Of a DNA stretch of 40,361 nt, positions 8,632 to 18,386 are shown piece after piece. The stretch is from Armatimonadota bacterium. GTDB lineage: Bacteria > Armatimonadota > Fervidibacteria > Fervidibacterales > Fervidibacteraceae. The notes beneath the pieces were generated by a model, which was not told the origin of the DNA, did not search any database, and worked only from the letters and a program-made list of their open reading frames with translations. A program made the position numbers and the translations under genes. How positions within the stretch are numbered: position 1 is the stretch's first letter; every line of letters starts with the position of its first letter. The DNA is taken from the NCBI GenBank assembly GCA_037446235.1, contig JBBIJA010000002.1, forward strand, positions 1 to 40,361. The letters run 5' to 3'.

Positions 8632-11600
8632 ATGAAGAGGCAGTCTTTGGAAGGGGCGTTTGCAGCACCGCCCAAAATCTACTCGCCAGTGCCGATTTGG
8701 TGGTGGAGCGGTGAACCGTTGGTCAAGGAAAGGCTGCGCTGGCAGATGGAACGGCTGGTGGAAGGGGGTGTCTTCAACGTCCTTATCCTCAACCTTGCCC
8801 CTGACGGTCCTCTGTTTGGCAGCGACCCCGACGAACCGCCTTTCCTTTCCGAAGGGTGGTGGGATTGTTTCCTATTCGTGTTGGAACAAGCCGAACAACT
8901 GGGCATGTTGGTTTGGTTTTATGACCAACTGGGTTTTTCTGGGGCAAGGCTGCAAGACCGGCTGGTCTTTGCCCATCCCGAATTTCGCGGCGCGACGGTG
9001 CAATGGATAGAGGTGACCGTCAGCGGTGGCGAAAGCGTGTCGCTGCAACCTCCGCCCAAAGCGGTGCCGTTGGCGGCTCATGCCGTCCCTGCCGACGGCG
9101 AAGGCAACGCCCGCTGCCTCGCCGTGTTTTTTGAGGGAACCCCCACACCCCTTCGCTGGCAGGCGCCTTCGGGGCGTTGGCGCGTCATTTTATTTTTCGC
9201 CGTCCCGTCCAAGTTTGATTACCTCAATCCCAAAGCCTGCGCTGCTTTGTTCAACACCGTGCATGGCGAAATGGAAAGGAGGGCGGGCAAGTATCTGGGC
9301 AAGGTGCTTGTCGGAAGTTTCCAGGATGAGTTTCCCATGCTTCCCCTTTGGACTTGGCGCTTCCCTGACGAGTTCCGAAAGCGAAAAGGCTACGAGGTTC
9401 GGGAATGGATGCCGGCGTTGTTCTTCCCCACCAGCGATGAAGGCATGAAAGTTCGCTGCGATGTCCGAGAGGTTCTGACGAATTTGGCGGAAGAAGCGTT
9501 CTTCCGACCGCTTTTTGAATGGCACGAAAAACACGGCTTGCTGTGTGGCTACGACCAAACCAATCGCAACGCTGACCCGATTGAAGGGCAGAGATGGTAT
9601 CTGGATTACTGGAAAACGATGCGCTGGTATTCAGCGCCAGGACAAGACCATGGCGGTGATGCCAAGCCCCATGCTGCCATCGCCCAGTGTTACAGACGCC
9701 AACGCGTCTGGTTGGAAGGCTTCCACAGCAGCGGCTGGGGGCACACGATAGATGAATTGACGGGTTGGCTGCACCGTTGGTATCAACGGGGTGCAAACCT
9801 TTACAACCCCCATGGCATCTATTACAGCACGAAAGGTTCCTGGTGGGAATGGGCTCCGCCCAGCACTTGCTGGAGACAACCCTATTGGCGGAACTACCGC
9901 TTCTTCGCCGAACACATCACCCGCTTGAGTTACCTTCTCAGTCAGGGGACACATGTTTGTCCTTTAGCCGTTTTGAACCCGAGCACGACCGTCCATGCCC
10001 ATATGGGTTTGGGCGAACCCGATGAAGTGGCAAGGGCTTGTCAGAAAATTTACTGGGCTTTGGTCGGCAACCCCAACTGGTGGGGACCGCAGTTGGGCGT
10101 CTTGGACAAAAATGGGCGTGACTTCACGGTCCTTGATGAAGATACTTTAGAAAGCGCCAAAATGCAACGAGGGGCGCTCATCGTCGGGCAAAACCGCATC
10201 CGCATCGTCATGTTGCCTGGCGTGGATGTTTTGCGGGCGAAAAGTTTTGAGAGGCTGCTGGCACTGGCAAAGGCGGGTGGGACGGTCATCGCTGTCGGAC
10301 GGGTGCCCCAACAAATTTTGGGTAAACCCAAAGGGGAGATTGCCGGGGCTGTCAAAGAGTTGTTTGGTGTGGTGCCAGAAAGTGACCATGAGCCGCATTC
10401 CGAAGTCGCTTTCCCATCCGGCGGGAGAGGCGTGTTCGTTAAAGACCCTAACGAAGTCCCTGCCGTTCTCAACCAAGTTTTGCCCCGCACCGTTGAAGGA
10501 GTGCCTTACTTGCACCGGCGCATCGGGCGCGAAGACTTCTTCTTCGTCGTCCATCCCAAAGTTTTTTCTAACCTTCGCCCGGTGGAAGGGACAAATTTGG
10601 AGCCCCTTGTCATCACCGCTAAATTTGCTGTCAAGGGCGCACCCCATCTTTGGGACACGACCACCGGTGAAGTTAAACCCTTGCCCGCTCGGGAAAGGGA
10701 CGGCGTCGTGGAAGTGGATTTGGATTTCTCCGTCGCCAGCGGCTTGGTGCTGTCGTTCCGCAGGGGAAAATTGAAAGCGCCCCAACCCATCGGCGAAGAA
10801 ACTGTGCTAGAACTGGACGGGCTCTGGGACATCGCCTACGAGCCAACATTAGACAACCGCTGGGGCGATTTTAACTTGCCAGTTAGTAGTGAGCCACGCA
10901 GCCCTGAAGGGGCAAGTGGCGTTTTCGTGCCCGTGCAAGTGCGCCGCTTTCGCCATCGCACGGAAAGTGACGCAGAAGATGGCTTGATTTTAAAGTGGCA
11001 CAGCCCCGAAACAGACGACAAAGACTGGGAGCAAATCACTTATTCGTTTGGCACTTACCTGCTCAAGCGAGGACCCTTCCGACCAGAACAAGCCCCTTCA
11101 GTGCGAGTGGAGGGCAACGAGCCGGGTTGGCAACCCGTCCGCTTTTCGCTGAAGTTGGGCATTGAAAATGACCCCATCCATCACGGCACTCTCGGTCCAA
11201 AAGGGCATGTGCCCGAAGAGTTTGTGGATTTGGGCGAAGGCGCTGAAGGCGAGCAGTTTGACTTGTTCACGTGCGTCGTGTCGGCGAAGGAGCGAACGGC
11301 GTGGCTGTGCGTCGGCGGGCGGAGCGGAAAAGAAGCGTGGCTCAACGGCGAAAAGGTGATGGGCTTCACCGACGGCGACATCGCCTTTGCCCCTGTCAAA
11401 CTGAGGGCAGGACAGAACACCCTTTTGCTCCGCTTGACAAGAAGGGTCGGGCGCTTGCGGGCGTTTTTCCAGTTCCTTGACATGCCGACGAAAACCCTAA
11501 CGCCCCATTGGATTTGGTTTCCCGAACTGCCTTACCCTGACTTCGGCATCCCCCATTGCTGGCGGGCATTCCGTCGGACTTTGACGCTCCCTGCGCCGGT

Positions 11601-12729
11601 TCAAAGCGCTTGGATTGGCGTCGTAGCGGACAGTGGCTATCGGCTATGGGTGAATGGGCACTTCATCGGTGAGGGGCACATTGACCGACGCCAAACAGCA
11701 CTCCAAAAGCACGACATTACCAACCTTCTCCAGCCGGGCAAGAATGGGATAGCCGTTCGGGCATGGACCGAAGGCGGAGCAGCCGCCTTGCTCGTTTATG
11801 GCGGTATCGTGTCGCAAAATGAAGAACGCCTTCTCTTTGTGTCCGACCCTTCGTGGAGGGTCGGCGCTTGGGCTATAGGGAAAGAGCCGAGCAATTGGAT
11901 GGAACCCAGCTACGACGACAGTTGGTGGGGACGAGCGATGAGCCAGGGCATCCCCCCGACGGCGCCCTGGGGCAGCGTGGAAGGGTTGCCAAAGGTCAAG
12001 TCGCCCCACCCCTTACCGAGAGGGGGTTGGTTGGAAGGCGAACCCAACCGACCTTTTGAACCGCTTTTTGAGCCTTTCCCTGACCGAACCAAGCGGGTGA
12101 GTTGGCTGCGGTTCCTTCTGCCGCCAGGGGCGAACAAAATGCACGCTAAAGTCAAGGGGCAAATGAAAGTTTTTGTGGACGGGCAGGAGATAGAACCCGA
12201 CAGCGATGGCGCCTATCCGTTGCCCCAACCTCATAAGGAACGACGCCTTTGTGCCCTGCGGGTCGTCACCGAACAAGGTTATCCCGAAGCAGCAGCGGTT
12301 TTGGAACCCTTGACTTTTGATGTCAGCAACGGACGCATGGGCTTGGGCGCATGGGCGGATTGGGGGCTTTCGTGTTATGCGGGAGGTATCGTTTATGAAA
12401 AGTCCTTTGGGCTTACGACCGAATCCCCGTCCCTCGTCCCCCGTCCCGCTCCCCAACAAAGTTCGTTCGTTTTAGACTTGGGGAAGGTGCGGGGAACGGC
12501 GGAGGTTTGGCTGAACGGACAAAAAATCGGCGTTCGGGCATGGGCGCCCTATCGCTTTGACTTAACGGGTAAATTGCGGGACGGTGAAAACCTTTTGCGC
12601 ATCGTCGTTTACAGCAGCCTCGGTCCCCACTTTTCCCAAGCCATCCCGACACCTTATCTTTTCGCCGAGCAGCGACTGGCGGGGCTGTTCGGTCCGGTGC
12701 GGTTGGTCAAAAAGTCGTTTCTACAATGA
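8632..12729 (+). CDS. Large glycoside hydrolase, GH106 (alpha-L-rhamnosidase)-like catalytic region plus several jelly-roll domains
   Basis: PVPIWWWSG, WFYDQLGF, GSFQDE, WWEWAPP..WRQPYW; C-terminal LDLGKV..EVWLNG..WAPYRFDLT (GH2-type sugar-binding domain). ATG 8632 follows GAGG. Confidence 0.8.
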   Translation: MKRQSLEGAFAAPPKIYSPVPIWWWSGEPLVKERLRWQMERLVEGGVFNVLILNLAPDGPLFGSDPDEPPFLSEGWWDCFLFVLEQAEQLGMLVWFYDQLGFSGARLQDRLVFAHPEFRGATVQWIEVTVSGGESVSLQPPPKAVPLAAHAVPADGEGNARCLAVFFEGTPTPLRWQAPSGRWRVILFFAVPSKFDYLNPKACAALFNTVHGEMERRAGKYLGKVLVGSFQDEFPMLPLWTWRFPDEFRKRKGYEVREWMPALFFPTSDEGMKVRCDVREVLTNLAEEAFFRPLFEWHEKHGLLCGYDQTNRNADPIEGQRWYLDYWKTMRWYSAPGQDHGGDAKPHAAIAQCYRRQRVWLEGFHSSGWGHTIDELTGWLHRWYQRGANLYNPHGIYYSTKGSWWEWAPPSTCWRQPYWRNYRFFAEHITRLSYLLSQGTHVCPLAVLNPSTTVHAHMGLGEPDEVARACQKIYWALVGNPNWWGPQLGVLDKNGRDFTVLDEDTLESAKMQRGALIVGQNRIRIVMLPGVDVLRAKSFERLLALAKAGGTVIAVGRVPQQILGKPKGEIAGAVKELFGVVPESDHEPHSEVAFPSGGRGVFVKDPNEVPAVLNQVLPRTVEGVPYLHRRIGREDFFFVVHPKVFSNLRPVEGTNLEPLVITAKFAVKGAPHLWDTTTGEVKPLPARERDGVVEVDLDFSVASGLVLSFRRGKLKAPQPIGEETVLELDGLWDIAYEPTLDNRWGDFNLPVSSEPRSPEGASGVFVPVQVRRFRHRTESDAEDGLILKWHSPETDDKDWEQITYSFGTYLLKRGPFRPEQAPSVRVEGNEPGWQPVRFSLKLGIENDPIHHGTLGPKGHVPEEFVDLGEGAEGEQFDLFTCVVSAKERTAWLCVGGRSGKEAWLNGEKVMGFTDGDIAFAPVKLRAGQNTLLLRLTRRVGRLRAFFQFLDMPTKTLTPHWIWFPELPYPDFGIPHCWRAFRRTLTLPAPVQSAWIGVVADSGYRLWVNGHFIGEGHIDRRQTALQKHDITNLLQPGKNGIAVRAWTEGGAAALLVYGGIVSQNEERLLFVSDPSWRVGAWAIGKEPSNWMEPSYDDSWWGRAMSQGIPPTAPWGSVEGLPKVKSPHPLPRGGWLEGEPNRPFEPLFEPFPDRTKRVSWLRFLLPPGANKMHAKVKGQMKVFVDGQEIEPDSDGAYPLPQPHKERRLCALRVVTEQGYPEAAAVLEPLTFDVSNGRMGLGAWADWGLSCYAGGIVYEKSFGLTTESPSLVPRPAPQQSSFVLDLGKVRGTAEVWLNGQKIGVRAWAPYRFDLTGKLRDGENLLRIVVYSSLGPHFSQAIPTPYLFAEQRLAGLFGPVRLVKKSFLQ
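10893..10920. repeat. Imperfect palindrome centred on CCCTGAAGGG, inside the coding sequence
   Basis: gccac gca gccc tgaa ggggc aa gtggc; encodes PRSPEGASG. Confidence 0.45.
12424..12444 (+). repeat. Heptamer tandem repeat (3 x CCCYCGT-like) inside the hydrolase gene
   Basis: tccccgt ccctcgt cccccgt; encodes SPSLVPRP. Confidence 0.65.
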
Positions 12730-12844
12730 TGCCTCGCTCCGACATGCATCAAACCGGTATCTTTGCTGTAGCCTGCTGGATGGCTTTTTGCTTATCCTTA
12801 TTGAGGCATTTGTTAGGCTGTAAAGTCATCAGGCGAGGTGAACA

Positions 12845-15800
12845 GTGATGTTTGCGAAGGTGTCGTTAGGGGTGTGTCTTGTGTCAGGGGTAATTTGTCT
12901 GTTGACGCTGATTGCCCTTGACGGACAGGCTCAAAAGGGAAGTGAGGTTGCTATGCTGCGAGAGCGATGGGCGCGCAACCTTTTGCGCAACGGTGATTTT
13001 GAGCAAGGTTTGGAAGGGTGGAGCACGGAACATCCTTGGTATATCCGAGGCGAGGGCTTGAGCCGATGGGAAGTGGACGAGAGCATCGCCAAGAGCGGTA
13101 AACGCTCCGTCAAAGTCATCGGCAAAAATAATCGAGGCATCGCCATTCAAGATGTTCGTCCGCCAGTGCCCATCTGTCAAGTCAGCGGACGGCTGCGCTG
13201 TGAGAATTTGAAGGGAGCAGCCCGCATCTTTGTTGAATTCATCGCCGCCGACGGAAAATGGTTAAAAGGCATCGTAGTAGGTGAAGTCACGGGCACGACG
13301 GATTGGACATTCTTCAGCAAAGAGGTAGAAATGCCGCCAGATGCAGAAGTTCTGCGGGTGGATTTGCTCACCACCGAACCCAACAGCGGCTTCGCCTGGT
13401 TTGACGATGTTTCTGTCGTGCCCGTTCTCCCGCCAAGCGATGGGAAACCGCCCAACCCGCTTAAGTTTCAAGTGGCATCCGTCGCGGGAGAAGAAGGCGC
13501 CTTGAAGGTGGAATGGGAACCGCCAACGGAAAAGGACATCGTGGCTATCCAACTTTTCTCCGAACCAAAACCTTTCAGCAAAGTTGACGGGCTTTCGCCA
13601 AGAGCCATTTTGCGCCGCAACGCCCGCTCTTTTGTCCTGCGGGGTTTGGAGGTCGGACGCCATTACTTTATCGCTATCGCTGCTTTGGACATTGACGGGA
13701 TGGTCGGTTCGGCGAAACCGAAGGTTTCAAAAGCGGTGGACTTGCGTCCGCCCGAACCTGTTTTCGTGGACGCCGAACCGATTTGGGGCAAACCGCCAAA
13801 AGTGCGTTTGCGCTACCAGCCCCATCCCGTTGACGACGACATCGCTTCCTTTGAGATTTTGCTCCGTCAAGGGGATGAGGTTCAAGTTGTCAGGAAGTTG
13901 AAGTCCAAAGAAAGAGAATTCGTCTTGACGATGAAGCAGCCGATGGAAACCCTCTCAGTCATCGCCGTTGACAAAGCGGGTAACCCTTCAAGTCCGCAGT
14001 GGCAAACTATCGTGGCAGAAAGCGCTGAATCTTTGAGCGCAGGTTTTGAGCGAGGCGAAGGCGTGAGTTTGCAAAGCCGCAGCGGACCGGTGACTTTGGC
14101 GCCGGAAGCATGGCACCCGACACGGTTGCCGACCAATTTGAGCGAGTTGCTTTCGCCCAAACCGTTGACAAAGCAAGGCTTCGTCCTTTCCCGTCTTCTC
14201 GTTCGCCCACCGCAAAGCCGATGGGAATGGTTGCTGTTGCGGACACAGACGCCACAGGGAACTTCGCTTCGCGTTGAAGTGCTGGACGGGAAAGGGGACA
14301 GGCTAATTGCCGAAGCGACTGACGGAACGGATTTGTCAAGTTTGGATTCACCCATCCTTCAACTTCGTGCGACGCTCATCGGCGACGGGACGCAAACTCC
14401 TGAATTGCAAGGGTGGGGCGTCACGCTTCAAACGGACACGAAACAAAATCAAGTCTTGGACGCAACAACGGGTTCGCCCGTCCCCGATGCGACGGTGGAA
14501 ATCAGAACGCCATCCCACTTTTGGAAGGTTCACACCGATAAGGAAGGGCGCTTCACCTTTCCATCAGGTGTTGAAGGTTTAGCCCAAATTCGCTTTACGG
14601 TTCAAGGTTACCTTGACAGCACCCGATGGGTTTGGCTCAGCAAGAAAGTGACAGGTTGTGTAACTGCCCTTTATCCCCAACAAGCCATCAACTTGCGGGC
14701 TTGGTTTGTCAGCCCGCTGACGCATATCTTTCGCGACACCGAACCGCAACCTGTTGACAGTTGGCAAATTCACGCGGCACGCAACGAAACGGAAGGGGTG
14801 CAACTGGCGCTGAGGGCAAAAAGCGATTTGGCATGGGTGCGATTCCTTTCAGGGCACAATCCTCAGCGGTTTGATGTCAAGGTTCATTTTGTCGGTTACG
14901 TCCCGTTACCGGCGAACTCCCGCGCCACGCCGCAAATTGAAGAGTTAGTTCGCAAAGCGCCCGGCGATTTCCCAGACCCGCTTTTGGATTTGCCCTTTGC
15001 GCCGTTGCGGTCAAACGAAACGCAGCCTGTCTTCATCACCGTTCGCCCCAAACAAACAACAAAGCCAGGCGATTACAAATTGCCGCTGATAGTGGAAACG
15101 CCTGTCGGGGAACTGTCAGTGACCTTACGGGTGCAAGTTTATCCGTTCGTTTTTCCTGACCGAACCCGCCTTTGGTTCACCAACTGGTTCAACGCCAGCA
15201 ACTTCGCCCGCTATCACGGCGTTCCCGAATGGGGCAACGAGCACTTCCGCTGGATGAGGCTTTACGCCAAACTCATGGGCGAGCATCGGCAAAATGTGCT
15301 CCTCGTGCCGTTAGGTTTGGTGCAGGTATTCCAAATAAGCGACGGGACTTTCCGTTTTGATTTTGAGCGGTTTGAAAGGTTCATCGCTGTTTTTGAGAAG
15401 GAAGGAGTGGCGGAGCGGTTGGAACTTTCCCACATCGGCGGACGGAAGACGGGTCGTTGGGAAGACCCTGAATTTGTCGCCGGAACTTTCTGGGCGACCA
15501 ACGAACTCACGGGCGAAAGGGTGGAAGTTCCGTTGGAAACTTTCTTGCAAGCCGTCCGTGACCATTTGAAAGCGACGAGGCGTCTCAAGAAAGCAATGCT
15601 GCATATCGCTGACGAACCGATTCCCGTGAACGCGGAGTCTTGGAAGGTGCTGTCCGACCGAGTGCACCTTGCCGTTCCAGATTTGCCACGAATAGATGCC
15701 ATCCATGTCCCTAACCTTGAAGGGCACTTGGAAATTTGGGTGCCGCAACTAAACTACTTTGCCCAATGGATGGAAACCTATCGTCAGCGTCAAAGGGAAG

Positions 15801-16252
15801 GGAACGAAATCTGGTTTTACACCGCTTGGGTGCCGCAGGGGAAGTGGGCGAACCGGCTGATTGACTTCCCGCTCATCAAAACGCGCATCTTGCACTGGTT
15901 CAACGTTCGCTATGGTGCGACGGGCTTTTTGCATTGGGGCTGGAACCACTGGGGTGATGTCATGGTCGGCGAGTTGCAATCGCCAGGAGATGCTTTCATA
16001 GTCTATCCTGGACCGAACGCTTCCTTGCGGATGGAAGCGCAAAGGGACGGGATTGAAGACGCCGAACTGCTGTGGACATTAGCGGAGCGGATGGCAAAAG
16101 GCAAGCCCTTGACACCTGAACAGGCAGCGTCGCTTTTGGAACCGTTGCTTAAGCCTGTCATCCGAGACTTCACCGATTTCACCAAAGACCCTTACGAGTT
16201 GGAAGGGGTGCGTCAAAAAGCCCTTCAAAGGCTCAGCCAAACGGGACGCTGA
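12845..16252 (+). CDS. Secreted multidomain protein: CBM4/9-like, FN3-like, carboxypeptidase-regulatory-like and GH123-like/DUF4091 domains
   Basis: Signal peptide; NLLRNGDFEQG..AWFDDV; VLDATTGSPVPDATV..TDKEGRF; AARNETEGVQ; HIADEP; GFLHWGWN..PGDAFIVYPG..SLRMEAQRDGIEDAEL. Confidence 0.82.
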   Translation: MMFAKVSLGVCLVSGVICLLTLIALDGQAQKGSEVAMLRERWARNLLRNGDFEQGLEGWSTEHPWYIRGEGLSRWEVDESIAKSGKRSVKVIGKNNRGIAIQDVRPPVPICQVSGRLRCENLKGAARIFVEFIAADGKWLKGIVVGEVTGTTDWTFFSKEVEMPPDAEVLRVDLLTTEPNSGFAWFDDVSVVPVLPPSDGKPPNPLKFQVASVAGEEGALKVEWEPPTEKDIVAIQLFSEPKPFSKVDGLSPRAILRRNARSFVLRGLEVGRHYFIAIAALDIDGMVGSAKPKVSKAVDLRPPEPVFVDAEPIWGKPPKVRLRYQPHPVDDDIASFEILLRQGDEVQVVRKLKSKEREFVLTMKQPMETLSVIAVDKAGNPSSPQWQTIVAESAESLSAGFERGEGVSLQSRSGPVTLAPEAWHPTRLPTNLSELLSPKPLTKQGFVLSRLLVRPPQSRWEWLLLRTQTPQGTSLRVEVLDGKGDRLIAEATDGTDLSSLDSPILQLRATLIGDGTQTPELQGWGVTLQTDTKQNQVLDATTGSPVPDATVEIRTPSHFWKVHTDKEGRFTFPSGVEGLAQIRFTVQGYLDSTRWVWLSKKVTGCVTALYPQQAINLRAWFVSPLTHIFRDTEPQPVDSWQIHAARNETEGVQLALRAKSDLAWVRFLSGHNPQRFDVKVHFVGYVPLPANSRATPQIEELVRKAPGDFPDPLLDLPFAPLRSNETQPVFITVRPKQTTKPGDYKLPLIVETPVGELSVTLRVQVYPFVFPDRTRLWFTNWFNASNFARYHGVPEWGNEHFRWMRLYAKLMGEHRQNVLLVPLGLVQVFQISDGTFRFDFERFERFIAVFEKEGVAERLELSHIGGRKTGRWEDPEFVAGTFWATNELTGERVEVPLETFLQAVRDHLKATRRLKKAMLHIADEPIPVNAESWKVLSDRVHLAVPDLPRIDAIHVPNLEGHLEIWVPQLNYFAQWMETYRQRQREGNEIWFYTAWVPQGKWANRLIDFPLIKTRILHWFNVRYGATGFLHWGWNHWGDVMVGELQSPGDAFIVYPGPNASLRMEAQRDGIEDAELLWTLAERMAKGKPLTPEQAASLLEPLLKPVIRDFTDFTKDPYELEGVRQKALQRLSQTGR

Positions 16253-16286
16253 CGACGCTGATGGGGCTGTTTGATGCGGATACGAA

Positions 16287-18092
16287 TCAGTCACGGGCAA
16301 GCTCCCCGAGGGGCTCGGCGGGAGCCTCGTCCTTCCATTGCTCAGGCAGGCTAACGCCTGCCCCTACTGCTGGCTGCAGCATCTGCAGCCGATACATGCG
16401 GGCATACCAGCCTTCTTTGGCCATCAACTCGTCATGGGTGCCCCGTTCTACAATGCGCCCGTTTTCAATGACCAAAATTTGGTCGCAATCCCGCACCATA
16501 GAGAGCCGATGGGAAATGATGACGGTCGTTCGCCCCTCCATCAACCGTTCCAAAGCCGCTTGGATGACGGCTTCGCTTTCCGGCTCCACAGACGCTGTTG
16601 CTTCGTCTAAAAGCAAAACGAGCGGGTTCGCCAAAAAGGCTCTGGCGATGCAAAGGCGCTGCTTCTGACCTCCCGATAACTTCACGCCCCTCTCGCCCAC
16701 AACGGTTTCATAGCCGTCGGGCAATTGCTCAATGAAGTCATGGGCGTTCGCCGACTTTGCCGCCTCCACGATTTCATCATCGTCGGCGTCCAATCGCCCG
16801 TATCGGATGTTTTGGCGCACCGTGTCGTTGAACAGAAAAGGCTCTTGCGTGACGACAGAGAAATGGCGCCTAAGAGATGCTTGGGAGATTTGCTTAAGGT
16901 CATAGCCGTCCAGCAGGATACGCCCTTCCTGAGGTTCATAAAGCCTAAGCAGCAAAGCCAAAATCGTGCTCTTGCCTGCTCCAGAAGGACCTGCGATGCC
17001 GAATTTTTGACCCGGTAGCACTTCAAAACTGACATCCTGTAAGACGATATTTCGGTCGTCATAGCCAAAAGTCACCCGTTCAAAAACGATTTTCCCTTTT
17101 GCTCCCTTCAGTTCTATGGCGTCGGGAGCGTCGTTGATTTCTATCGGCGAATCCAAAACTTCAAAGACACGGGAAGCAGAGGCGATGGCTCGCTGAACCA
17201 TCTCGTTGATTTGGGCTAAGGAAAAGATGGGAGAAAAAAGTTGCCACCAATAACCCCGATAGGCTACCAAGCCTCCGATGGTGAATTCTCCCTTCAAGAC
17301 GAAAATCGCCCCAAAACCGACCATCAGTACGCTGCTGAAGAAGCCAAGGGTGAAGACGGTGGGGGTGTAAATCGTTCGGGCGATAACGCCTTTTACGCTT
17401 TCGCCCAAGTAGCGCCGGTTCTCCCGTTCAAACCTTTGCATTTCGTAAAGTTCTCGGGCAAAAGCCTTGATGACCAAGATGCCCAGCAAGTTCTCTTGCA
17501 GTTTCGCCGACAAATCGCCCAAGCAGTCTCGGATGCGCCGATAAAGACCTTGAATGCGGATGTTAAATATCCAAACCGTTAAAGCCACCCCTATCATCGG
17601 CAGCAAGGTTATCGTCCCGACCTTCCAGTTAAGTGCCACGATGATGGCGGCAACCCAGACGAGTTGAAGAGCATTGGCGATGATGTTGTCCACGCCGTTG
17701 ATGGCGATTTCCTGAAGGGTGTCCACATCTCCGATGGCACGGGCGATCAAGTCGCCGCTGCGCCGTTCGTGGAAGAAGCGGAGCGAATGGTTTTGCAATT
17801 TGCGGTAGAGTTCGTTGCGCAGGTCATAGACGAACCTTTGCCCTACGACGCCCAAAAGGTAAGTGCGCCATGCCGAAAGCCCTACGCCGATGAAGTGAAC
17901 GAAGACCATCACGGCTAAGGCGGGCAAAAGGAAGTGGACACGAAGGTTGATGACAACTTCATCCACGATGAACCTCCAAACGAGGGGGTGAAAAAGTTGA
18001 GTGGGCGTCGCCAGCAGAAGGCAAGCCAAACCGATGGCAATCTGCCACCGGTAAGGTTTGAGGTATTTGAGCAGCCGAACGAATTGCGCCAT
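16287..18092 (-). CDS. ABC transporter, fused permease/ATP-binding (MsbA/MdlB-like)
   Basis: Multiple TM helices, GPSGAGKS, LSGGQKQR, LLLDEAT, ISHRLS. ATG 18092 lies 8 nt after GGAGG. Confidence 0.95.
   Translation of the reverse strand: MAQFVRLLKYLKPYRWQIAIGLACLLLATPTQLFHPLVWRFIVDEVVINLRVHFLLPALAVMVFVHFIGVGLSAWRTYLLGVVGQRFVYDLRNELYRKLQNHSLRFFHERRSGDLIARAIGDVDTLQEIAINGVDNIIANALQLVWVAAIIVALNWKVGTITLLPMIGVALTVWIFNIRIQGLYRRIRDCLGDLSAKLQENLLGILVIKAFARELYEMQRFERENRRYLGESVKGVIARTIYTPTVFTLGFFSSVLMVGFGAIFVLKGEFTIGGLVAYRGYWWQLFSPIFSLAQINEMVQRAIASASRVFEVLDSPIEINDAPDAIELKGAKGKIVFERVTFGYDDRNIVLQDVSFEVLPGQKFGIAGPSGAGKSTILALLLRLYEPQEGRILLDGYDLKQISQASLRRHFSVVTQEPFLFNDTVRQNIRYGRLDADDDEIVEAAKSANAHDFIEQLPDGYETVVGERGVKLSGGQKQRLCIARAFLANPLVLLLDEATASVEPESEAVIQAALERLMEGRTTVIISHRLSMVRDCDQILVIENGRIVERGTHDELMAKEGWYARMYRLQMLQPAVGAGVSLPEQWKDEAPAEPLGELARD
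16312..16367. repeat. Two REP-like elements in the 3' end of the ABC transporter gene
   Basis: ggctcggcgggagcctcgtccttcc (16312-16336) and, on the minus strand, GTAGG-GGCAGGC-GTTA-GCCTGCC (16367-16345). Confidence 0.7.
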
Positions 18093-18244
18093 TTTCATTA
18101 CCTCCTTATCGCCCAAACCGCTTTTGACGTTGCAACCCTTACGCCAGCAGCGCCTCGCTCGGTAGCGGGCGGCACAGCACAAAGCCGTTACGCTCTTTAA
18201 CACAAAGGTTGTTAGCGCTTAGTGGTTGATGACAGCATTCCATG

Positions 18245-18335
18245 AGCGCCTGCTTTATCTGGCGGAGCCATCGTTTCGCCGATTGAAATCGGCGCTTATA
18301 AAAGCCGTCATCGGCTACGGGCTAAAGCCCGTAGC
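18245..18335. repeat. Cluster of short intergenic palindromes (REP/BIME-like)
   Basis: cgccgat-tgaa-atcggcg (18277-18294), gctacgggc-taaa-gcccgtagc (18314-18335), and degenerate agcgcctgctttatctggcg (from 18245). Confidence 0.7.
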
Positions 18336-18386
18336 ATGGGTTCATAACAGCATCCATAAACAACATTCGTAGTAAAGAGCGAGCCG

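Noticed and set aside
18093-18203. Long N-terminal extensions in track ORFs (ABC transporter; also rplU, rpmE, ssb, archaemetzincin, EamA)
   Set aside because: Internal starts with good RBS match family N-termini; the extensions are artefacts of longest-ORF calling.
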